Source: Nitrososphaerota archaeon
Lineage (GTDB): Archaea; Thermoproteota; Nitrososphaeria; Nitrososphaerales; Nitrosopumilaceae
Direction of reading: 5' to 3'
Length of the DNA: 35,047 nucleotides
Assembly: GCA_028867395.1 (NCBI GenBank)
Contig: JAGWGO010000001.1
Coordinates: 1-35,047 of the forward strand
Shown: one piece after another, positions 18,474 through 26,352 of the stretch
Layout: every line of letters starts with the position of its first letter
Numbering within the stretch: the stretch's first letter is position 1
Made by a program: the position numbers and the translations under genes
Notes under the pieces: model-generated
What the model was told of the DNA's origin: nothing
The model's database searches: none
Seen by the model: the letters and a program-made list of their open reading frames with translations, nothing else

Positions 18474-19682
18474 TCACGTCCTTTGGAAATTTGCTTCTGT
18501 CACAGTGGTCCCGTTATACTCTACATGAACCCGCTGGGGACCTGACAAGAATTGGCTTGTGACATCAAACGTTGTGGTAAAGTTTCCCCACCTGTCTGCC
18601 GTGACATTATTGTCGTCTTGATTGTTATTACCAAAATAGACGTCATACTGTATGTTTGGCATAAAGTTTGAACCGTTTACTGTAACCATTGTGTTGACAG
18701 GACCGGAAGGGGGATATGCGTGAATAACTGGCGGGTCCAGTATGGTCACAGTCCTTACCAGGTCAAGAGGACCTGTTGGGTATGACCCGTTATACTCTAT
18801 CCTGTAGACGCCTGCTTTGGCATACTTGTGGGATGGATTGGAATCAAAAGAGGCAGAAGACCCGTCTCCAAAGCTCCACACTTGGCTCTGGGCAGCACCA
18901 AGGACTGAGAGGGCGGCGGGACCTGACTGTTCAATAAAATTCAGCGACCTGTTTGCCCAGAACACCATCTGCAGAGGACTTGGGACATTGCTATCGTAAC
19001 CCACGGAGATATAGCCTGTTAGATTCATATCGTTTGAGACTGTCATAACGCAAAAGTCCCTGTTCTCGGCAGGTATTCCCTTCGAGTCCACCGTTACAAA
19101 CCCGTTGTAGGTCTGTTTGCCGGAATACTGATGGCTGGGATTGGAATACCCCTCTATCTTCGGTTCACCAGTGTCTCCCTTGAGCCAAGTCCACTTGAAG
19201 AAGGGGGCTGTAAGGTTTGTTGAGACTGAAAATCCTGCATAGTCGCCCTCGACTATAACGCCCTCGTACTGGTCAAACCTTTCTATGTTCTTAAAATCCA
19301 CGGCGTTCACTGTTACTGTGAAATTTTCCCTGTCTCTTCCAATCTTCATTTTTGCATCTTTCCACTCTGTGACACTGCCACTGAACTGGCGACTAGTCCC
19401 GTTCTCTAGTCTGTATTCGTGATTTACTACGACGCTTGTATTGTTCTCCTTGATGCCATCGCCCCAATCCCATGTCTTCAATGTATAGACCTCTGCCCCC
19501 CTGAGGAAGAATCCCTCCATGAAGGGGTTTGTGCCGACATGCGAGCAGAGGGTAAGGTTGTCTTTTCCTGTGGGAATCTGGCTTGCCGTGATTTGCTGAC
19601 CTTGCGGGTGATAAAGTACCAAAAAGAGTACTGCCGCTGCGATTGCTGCTCCTGCTATGATGAAGACATAGCGGTACCCCAT
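18474..19682 (-). CDS. PKD-domain surface protein
   Basis: N-terminal transmembrane helix; WDWGDG..HEY, NPSHQY, WSFGDG..NPSHKY; C-terminal Ig-like domain. Confidence 0.85.
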   Translation of the reverse strand: MGYRYVFIIAGAAIAAAVLFLVLYHPQGQQITASQIPTGKDNLTLCSHVGTNPFMEGFFLRGAEVYTLKTWDWGDGIKENNTSVVVNHEYRLENGTSRQFSGSVTEWKDAKMKIGRDRENFTVTVNAVDFKNIERFDQYEGVIVEGDYAGFSVSTNLTAPFFKWTWLKGDTGEPKIEGYSNPSHQYSGKQTYNGFVTVDSKGIPAENRDFCVMTVSNDMNLTGYISVGYDSNVPSPLQMVFWANRSLNFIEQSGPAALSVLGAAQSQVWSFGDGSSASFDSNPSHKYAKAGVYRIEYNGSYPTGPLDLVRTVTILDPPVIHAYPPSGPVNTMVTVNGSNFMPNIQYDVYFGNNNQDDNNVTADRWGNFTTTFDVTSQFLSGPQRVHVEYNGTTVTEANFQRT

Positions 19683-19783
19683 CGATTCGCAGTATGCGTT
19701 CCTAATCTTAAGGCTATCTGAGCAGAAGAATGATATCATGAAAAAAATTGCAAGATTGGCTGGTTTTTAAAAACAATTCTTGG

Positions 19784-19895
19784 AAAAATTTGCATTGGGT
19801 AATTAATTTGACAGATGTCTTGGCAGCAGTACGTGTGTAATTATCAAGTCTGGTACTCGAGCTTGGCCTATTTATCGCAGGAAGCGGTATGCTTC
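19784..19895 (-). repeat. Hairpin + A-tract element, copy 4 (inverted, diverged)
   Basis: Minus strand ATCTGTCAAATTAATTACCCAATGCAAATTTTT (19816-19784); hairpin GGAAGC-GGTAT-GCTTCC at 19879-19895. Confidence 0.5.
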
Positions 19896-19935
19896 CCATG
19901 GTGGGAAAAAGCCTTCTTGTAGTGGGTCTTGTCGC

Positions 19936-20196
19936 AAGTCCCTGCCTTATTGCATTGATTGTGTACCTGATGTTGTCTGAGAATCCTGGGGGCAGCCCTC
20001 CACTGTACTCAAGTGTGGGCGGCACAAATGTTACACGGATGTTTTCGCGCTGCTCGTATTTTTCGCCCTCAATCCTGTTTGTTATCACAAACACCCTGTG
20101 GTTGTTCTCTGCAAGCTTTTTTGCAATGAGGCTGAACACATACTCGCCTCCGCCCCTCGTGGTCGAGAAGAACTGGGAGAGCAAAAGGATGTTCAT
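19936..20196 (-). pseudogene. Orphan 5' fragment of the GT4 glycosyltransferase
   Basis: MNILLLSQFFSTTRGGGEY...NAIRQGL, after which homology to 3788-4963 stops abruptly. Confidence 0.92.
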
Positions 20197-20441
20197 GTCC
20201 TTGCATACCTCCTGTATTCCTTGACGTATCTCCTGGCAAACCACTGGAGAAATATCCTCTCCTCATTTCTTGTCTGCGATCTTTCAAGGGCATTGTAGTA
20301 GCTGCTCCTTCCATCGTATGGAATGTCCATCATGGGGTAGTCTTTTCTGTGAAGGATAAAGTTGGTGTCAAGACTTGTCATGAACCCATTTCCGTCGCCA
20401 AATGGATGTATTGTCACAAACTTTAGATGAGTAATTGTCAA
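20193..20441 (-). pseudogene. Fic-domain protein, C-terminal remnant
   Basis: IHPFGDGNGFMTS (canonical HPFxDGNGRxxR with both Arg lost) and YYNALE; N-terminus missing; ATGA overlap with the GT4 fragment. Confidence 0.85.
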
Positions 20442-20550
20442 GATCTATTTTAATCGAATCATTAAATATTATTTATGTATACAAGAAGGCACAATATTGA
20501 ATAAAAAACAAAAGATCGCTAGTGAAAATAGAAAGGAATAGAGAAGACAC

Positions 20551-20824
20551 TAGAGTAGCTCTATCTCATCTGTCATCCCATTATTTCGTCTGCCAGAAAG
20601 CGCCGTCTTTCCTCCCTAGACGAACCTCTCCTTCCACTGGTAGAACTGCACAGGTGATACCGAGTGCTTTCTGCACTGATCTGATATTGCAATGTTGATG
20701 GTAAGTGACGCCACCAAGATTCGTATCTTCTTCTCGCTACTCCATCGCGTTCTAGCCATGAGCAAGGATATCCCCTCCAATGTATAACTTAGGAGGCGTT
20801 CCTACTCTAGAGGGAACCGTACCA
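20551..20824 (-). mobile_element. IS3-family remnant (left end plus decayed orfA)
   Basis: ATG 20759 reads MARTRWSSEKKIRILVASLTINIAISDQCRKHSVSPVQFYQWK, then a frameshift to ERFV*GGKTALSG (HTH_Tnp_1-like). GGAGG lies upstream; candidate end 5'-TGGTACGGTTCC at 20824. Confidence 0.8.
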
Positions 20825-20869
20825 AAGGATTTATCTTTTGTTATCGATGTGATCAAAAATGGTATTAAC

Positions 20870-21442
20870 ATGTTGCATCTTGTAATATTTCTAGTAATTT
20901 TTGTAGCTTTATTTTCTTATTTTATAAAACCATCAGCAGCAGAAAGTCAAGAAAATGTTAAGATTCTTAACATACGTACAATCCCTCCTACAGTTCATGT
21001 CGGTGATAATTTTACTATATCAGCAATGATCATCAACAATTCTACAAATCTAATCTCATTTAATGATGCTTGTGGTTCGCCTTTATCTGCTGTATTTGAA
21101 AAGAACGTAGCAGCTAGCAGCAGCTTATCTTGTTTTGCATTATCAGTGGTTTATCTAAAACCAGGACAGAACATTAATGTTACAGGACCTGGATTGGGTA
21201 CACTTTATAACGCCACCGATACAGGGTTGACAAACGGCAACGTTACATTTGCATACAAATTTGGTGGAACGAACAATGTCAATGTGTCAGAACCATTCTC
21301 ATTTACTATATATCAGACAAGTAAGGAGACTGTACCAGAGTTTAGCCCTGTCGCACTAGTACTTGTAGCAGCAACAACATCAGTTATTGTGCTGTCTACA
21401 AGATGGGAATGGAATTCTAACGTTAATAGATTTGAAGCCTAA
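20870..21442 (+). CDS. Secreted protein with PEF-CTERM sorting signal
   Basis: Signal peptide; many N-x-S/T sequons; VPEFSP, a hydrophobic stretch and R at the C-terminus. Confidence 0.8.
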   Translation: MLHLVIFLVIFVALFSYFIKPSAAESQENVKILNIRTIPPTVHVGDNFTISAMIINNSTNLISFNDACGSPLSAVFEKNVAASSSLSCFALSVVYLKPGQNINVTGPGLGTLYNATDTGLTNGNVTFAYKFGGTNNVNVSEPFSFTIYQTSKETVPEFSPVALVLVAATTSVIVLSTRWEWNSNVNRFEA

Positions 21443-21683
21443 TTATACTTCAACTCAATTTTATTTTAAAAGGTAATTTAAGAAAAGAAGACAATATAAA
21501 TTCCAGAAAAGTTTGTCCGAATGCTTTCCATGATGAAACTAAAATCAGAAGGGATCCTCCTAATTAATGATTTCTTGCTTTTTTAGCTAAACATTTCCAC
21601 TTTGGCATGTAATTTCAGATTAATTATTACTAAGAGATAAAAGTACCTTCTGCGAATTACACCTGTAATTGGCTAAAAGAACG

Positions 21684-23093
21684 ATGAAAGGAGAACAGCC
21701 ACGACTGCTAGTCATTGGCTTGGATTCAGTCCCATCAAATCTATTAGTGGAGCTTGCAAATGAATTACCTAATATAAGAAAAATGATGGATAAAGGCATC
21801 TTTGCAACTCTTGAGAGTTGCCACCCTCCAATAACTGTGCCTGCATGGATGGTCATGATGTCAAGCAAGAGTCCGGGTAAGCTAGGAGTTTACGGCTTTA
21901 GACACCGAAAGGGATTCTCCTATGATGAAGGATGGTTAACAAACTCTCAAACAATAAAAGCAGCCCGGGTTTGGGATCTGATGGCAAAACATGAGAAAAA
22001 AACATGCCTTGTTGGAGTCCCACCTACATATCCACCGATAAAGATCAATGGAAGTCTGGTTTCGTGTTTTTTGACACCAAAGGACAAACAAGACTTTACA
22101 TATCCAGCTCCTCTTGCCGATGAGATTCAAAATTTGGTCGGTAAATACATCTTTGATGTTAAATTCAGAAATGATGATCGTGATAAAATAATAAAGGATC
22201 TTTATGAGATGACGCAAAAGAGATTTGATGTAATAAAATATCTACTGAAAAAAGAAAAATGGGACTACTTTATGTTTGTAGAAATAGGTGTGGACAGGCT
22301 ACACCACATGTTCTGGAAGTATTACGACAAGACTCATCCAAAATATGAAGCCGGCAACAAGTATGAAAAAGTAATACCAGATTATTACAAATTTATAGAC
22401 AAAAAAATCGGCGAACTCTTGTCAACTATAGATGATAATACCTTTGTCTTGGTCGTTTCAGATCATGGAACAGCTTCTATGAAAGGAGCTTTTTGTATTA
22501 ATGAATGGCTGATAAAAGAAGGATACCTCGTGTTGAAAAAGTATCCCACATCTGTATGTTCGTTAGAAGAGTGTGATGTAGACTGGGAAAAAACAACGGC
22601 ATGGGGATGGGGTGGATATTATGGCAGGATTTTTCTCAATGTAAAGGGAAGGGAATCCCAAGGAAAGGTAAACAGTGATGAAATTCAGAGGGTCAGAGAG
22701 GAGTTAAAAGCAAAACTTTTGAAAATTACAGGGCCGGCAGATGAAGTGCTAGACAATAGGGTATTTACTCCCGAGGATCTTTATGGAGAATGTCATGGCT
22801 CTAAATCAGACTTGATGGTTTATTTTGATAACCTTTACTGGAGATCCGCAGGGACAGTTGGACATAACACATTTTATCTCTCAGAGAACGATACAGGACC
22901 GGATGATTCTGTTCATTGGATGAATGGAATGTTCTTGCTCTACCACAAGAAAAAAACAAATCATACAACCAACATAAACAAATTGAGCATCTACGATATA
23001 GCTCCTCTCATATTAGATATGATGGATATCCAGATTCCAAAAGACATGGAAGGCAAGTTATCAAAGGAAATATCACAATGGATAAAAAATTAA
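21684..23093 (+). CDS. AlkP-superfamily nucleotide pyrophosphatase/phosphodiesterase (COG3379-like)
   Basis: VIGLDS, PPITVPAW (Thr nucleophile), DRLHH, SDHG, SVH. Confidence 0.9.
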   Translation: MKGEQPRLLVIGLDSVPSNLLVELANELPNIRKMMDKGIFATLESCHPPITVPAWMVMMSSKSPGKLGVYGFRHRKGFSYDEGWLTNSQTIKAARVWDLMAKHEKKTCLVGVPPTYPPIKINGSLVSCFLTPKDKQDFTYPAPLADEIQNLVGKYIFDVKFRNDDRDKIIKDLYEMTQKRFDVIKYLLKKEKWDYFMFVEIGVDRLHHMFWKYYDKTHPKYEAGNKYEKVIPDYYKFIDKKIGELLSTIDDNTFVLVVSDHGTASMKGAFCINEWLIKEGYLVLKKYPTSVCSLEECDVDWEKTTAWGWGGYYGRIFLNVKGRESQGKVNSDEIQRVREELKAKLLKITGPADEVLDNRVFTPEDLYGECHGSKSDLMVYFDNLYWRSAGTVGHNTFYLSENDTGPDDSVHWMNGMFLLYHKKKTNHTTNINKLSIYDIAPLILDMMDIQIPKDMEGKLSKEISQWIKN

Positions 23094-23641
23094 CCAACGA
23101 TGCATTTGTGATCTGGATGACTGGACTTCCATGTGCTGGAAAGACAACCATTGCTAGGAAGTTACAAGAATACATTCCAAATCTGGCTGTGCTTGATGGT
23201 GATGAGCTCAGGGAATGGCTTTCGCCAAAAGATTTCTCCAAGGAAGGCCGCAATGAACATAATAGAAAGGTTGCTCATCTTGCCAAACTGCTTGTAAAAC
23301 ATGGTGTTCCTGTTTCTGTTTCTCTGATAAGTCCGTTTAGAGAAAATAGGGATACAGCGCGTCAAATAATTGGCAGTGACAAGTTTTTTGAAACCTATGT
23401 GAAATGTACGTTAGATATATGTGAGAAAAGAGACGTCAAGGGAATGTACAAAAAGGCAAGAAGAAATGAAATAAATAATTTTACAGGAATACAAGATCCT
23501 TACGAGGAACCTCTAAAGCCAGATATTGTTCTTGATACTGAAAATGAAATCTTGGAAATGTCGGTAAGTAAAATTATTTTCAGATTGAAAGAGCTTGAAG
23601 CAATACCTAGCGGTTCTAGTCATATAAGATTTGAAGTTTGA
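23078..23641 (+). CDS. cysC: Adenylylsulfate kinase
   Basis: WMTGLPCAGKTT, LDGDELR, ISPF, RDVKGMY, FTGIQDPYEEP; ATG 23078 overlaps the upstream gene's end. Confidence 0.95.
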   Translation: MDKKLTNDAFVIWMTGLPCAGKTTIARKLQEYIPNLAVLDGDELREWLSPKDFSKEGRNEHNRKVAHLAKLLVKHGVPVSVSLISPFRENRDTARQIIGSDKFFETYVKCTLDICEKRDVKGMYKKARRNEINNFTGIQDPYEEPLKPDIVLDTENEILEMSVSKIIFRLKELEAIPSGSSHIRFEV

Positions 23642-23666
23642 TCTTACCTAAGCTAGAATGTTTATT

Positions 23667-24926
23667 TCAATGAGATCCTAAGAATGAAAACAGGTTATTT
23701 GCAAGTGGACTACCCAGACCAGTTACAAAGTCATACCCAGTTACTGCTGTACATATTGAACCACAGTTGCCATTAGTACCGGCCGTGATATCTCTGAAAT
23801 TTTGAGAATATGAACTGCCTTGTGCCGCGGAATATACTATGTTGCCAGTTCCAAAATTTATTGAAGAAATCGGAGTAATTCTGACGCTGTTTGCTATTGC
23901 AAACAAGGCAGCCCATTGAGGAGCAGCATCGCTTGTTCCGCCAACTTGAATCCAGCAATCTCTGCTACATCTGTAGCTGTCATAAACGGGGAAACCAGTA
24001 GAGGGGTCTGAGTCATAGGAAACATCTGGAATACCCCTCTTGGAATTGGTGTTGAATAATAATTGATAGGATGGCTTTGGCTCTATGGTGCTTATCCCTC
24101 CTCCACTCCCACTCCAAGCACTCTCACTAATAACATTGCCTTGGCTGTCAAGATTCAATGTCGTTCCACCAACTCCTATTACAAAGCGTGAGGCCGCTGG
24201 ATACTCGACACCACTGCCACTGTCACCAGATGCTGCAAAGAAACTTACTCCTGTCTTCTTAAAATGCTTATCAAATAGAATTTCACTCGGGTACTCCTGA
24301 CTTCCCCAACTCATGGATACCTGATGGACACCGCTCTGAGACGAACCAATATCAACCGCATGGAATAGGGGGGTAGTAAATGCATTCTTTGATTCAACCA
24401 ATATAATTTTTGCACCAGGAGCTATGGCATGCGCCCATTCTACATCAAGTGAGATCTCCTGCGTCCATCCAAAGTTGGGTCGTGGTTGACCTTCAGGGGT
24501 GAGTTTTACAAAACAACCATTTGAGGTAGTACAAGGTGGGAGATTGAATTGAGTATTAAACATGGCAAGGTCAGATTCAACATTAGGATCGTCAAATGCG
24601 TCTATTATCGCTACTGCCTGTCCATTTCCACAGAGATTAGTACTAGGCCATGTTGGTGCAGTATAGGAGCATGAGAGCTGATCAAATCTATACGCATGTC
24701 TTATCTGAGCTGGTGTAATACCATTTGGCACTGATGCAGATGCAATTTTTATATGAATGGGAGGATGCATCTCAATATCTTTGGGAGGAGCTGTAGCTTG
24801 TGAATAGGCAAGCTGTGGAACTATTATAACTAATAGAAAAATTGTAGATAGAGAAAATCCAACACTGTAGATCCTCTTCATGATTAGAGCCTTCATTTGC
24901 TGTATAAAAATTTTGGTGTGTTCCAT
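23667..24926 (-). CDS. Secreted S53 (sedolisin-family) serine peptidase
   Basis: EISLD, SGDSG, GGTS, GYDFVTGLGSP; signal peptide; short pro-region. The start may be a downstream Met. Confidence 0.92.
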   Translation of the reverse strand: MEHTKIFIQQMKALIMKRIYSVGFSLSTIFLLVIIVPQLAYSQATAPPKDIEMHPPIHIKIASASVPNGITPAQIRHAYRFDQLSCSYTAPTWPSTNLCGNGQAVAIIDAFDDPNVESDLAMFNTQFNLPPCTTSNGCFVKLTPEGQPRPNFGWTQEISLDVEWAHAIAPGAKIILVESKNAFTTPLFHAVDIGSSQSGVHQVSMSWGSQEYPSEILFDKHFKKTGVSFFAASGDSGSGVEYPAASRFVIGVGGTTLNLDSQGNVISESAWSGSGGGISTIEPKPSYQLLFNTNSKRGIPDVSYDSDPSTGFPVYDSYRCSRDCWIQVGGTSDAAPQWAALFAIANSVRITPISSINFGTGNIVYSAAQGSSYSQNFRDITAGTNGNCGSICTAVTGYDFVTGLGSPLANNLFSFLGSH

Positions 24927-25028
24927 CTCTATAACATAAAATCAAAAATCTTTGAGTCAGATTCCAATTATTATTCAAACATTGGAGAGGTTTTTTAATA
25001 CTAGTATTCTGTAAAGAAATGAAACACG

Positions 25029-25616
25029 ATGAACGTTTTGGCTATGGGTACGAGGTTGTCTGATATACAGATAGGATGCCTGAAAACTTTGATAAAGTAT
25101 TCTTGGGAAGGAAATGAGATTAGTCTGGTAATTTCTGGAAATCCCAAGGGAAGGAAGGAAAAAGATTCTATGTCATACAGCGAACTAAAAATTGACCATG
25201 TTTACTTTACTGAGAGGTTTGACGAGTCCACTGTCACACAGGAGAATGTAAATACGCTTGGCTCAATTATAAAAAAGACAAAGCCGTCATTAGTAATTCT
25301 ACCTTTTGATAAAACCAAAAACAAGAAGAGAGCAGTATTAGCTCATTCCGCATTGCTTGCCTGTAGGGGGATAAAAAATATACTAATGTACGAAACAACA
25401 AAAAACGAGAATTTTTCACCAAACGTGTTTTTTACCTTTGAAAAAGAGTCACTAAATGGCCTGACCGAAGACAGGAAACTGCAAATTAATTCAACTGTTA
25501 AAGAGATAAGAAAATCTATACAAAAGTTTCACTCTAGTAATATCAGAATAGAAAAAAACACAGAAGCGTTTGAGAGTAAGCGAGTTTTACTACTTGATAT
25601 TTCAGAGATAGCTTGA
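25029..25616 (+). CDS. PIG-L family protein, catalytically degenerate
   Basis: Aligns with the next gene (ILMYE, F.PN.F, EAF), but HPDD is replaced by RLSD and HxDH is absent. Confidence 0.7.
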   Translation: MNVLAMGTRLSDIQIGCLKTLIKYSWEGNEISLVISGNPKGRKEKDSMSYSELKIDHVYFTERFDESTVTQENVNTLGSIIKKTKPSLVILPFDKTKNKKRAVLAHSALLACRGIKNILMYETTKNENFSPNVFFTFEKESLNGLTEDRKLQINSTVKEIRKSIQKFHSSNIRIEKNTEAFESKRVLLLDISEIA

Positions 25617-25667
25617 GCATGTTAGTTTTGAATTTTTTAAATAGAAATCCTTCGTGTGAGTCTATTC

Positions 25668-26288
25668 ATGAAAGTTGTTAGTGTGGGGGCTCATCCCGAT
25701 GATCCTGAATTAGGTATGGGAGGAACAATTGCAAAACATACTGCTAGAGGGGACAATACCGAAGTAATCTTAGTTACCTTAGGAGGTGTTTCAGGAGATC
25801 CAAGACAGAGAGAGGAAGAAGCACAAAAAAGCTCACAGATTCTGGGAGTTAAAAAGCTACACATATTGGATTATCCAGTATCAAAATTAAATAAACGATC
25901 AACTGAACTAGCAAAAATAATAAAGAAACTTGTCGATGAGATCAATCCTCAAAGAATCTACACACATAGTCCATTTGATTTCCACCAAGTTCATACCACA
26001 GTAAGCAATTCTGTTTTAAATGGAGCAAAAGATGTAAATCAAATCCTATTTTATGAATATATCTCATCAACAACTCAATACTTTATTCCTGATGCATATG
26101 TAGACATTACAAGCTTCATAGACTTGAAAATAAAAAGTATAAAACAACACAAAAGTCAGTTGCACAGACTTTACATGAGACCAAACGTCGTTAGATCACT
26201 TGCCAACGTTAGATACATTGAAGCAAAACTAGGTTCAGACCCATCTGGTTTAGCAGAGGCATTTGTAATACAAAAAATGATTCTTTGA
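25668..26288 (+). CDS. PIG-L family N-acetylglucosaminyl deacetylase
   Basis: GAHPDDPELGMGGTI, REEE, HQVH, HKSQ, AEAF. Confidence 0.92.
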   Translation: MKVVSVGAHPDDPELGMGGTIAKHTARGDNTEVILVTLGGVSGDPRQREEEAQKSSQILGVKKLHILDYPVSKLNKRSTELAKIIKKLVDEINPQRIYTHSPFDFHQVHTTVSNSVLNGAKDVNQILFYEYISSTTQYFIPDAYVDITSFIDLKIKSIKQHKSQLHRLYMRPNVVRSLANVRYIEAKLGSDPSGLAEAFVIQKMIL

Positions 26289-26352
26289 TTGATGTTGTTT
26301 TTTGAGATTATTTTTGTAACTTTCTTTTAGAAAATTGTTCTTAACCTGACTG

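Noticed and set aside
19714-20244. 176-aa ORF as a real gene
   Set aside because: It is the GT4 fragment plus an out-of-frame Fic overlap and read-through into non-coding DNA.
22916-23077. N-terminal extension of CysC
   Set aside because: It overlaps the upstream AlkP gene; homology begins after ATG 23078.
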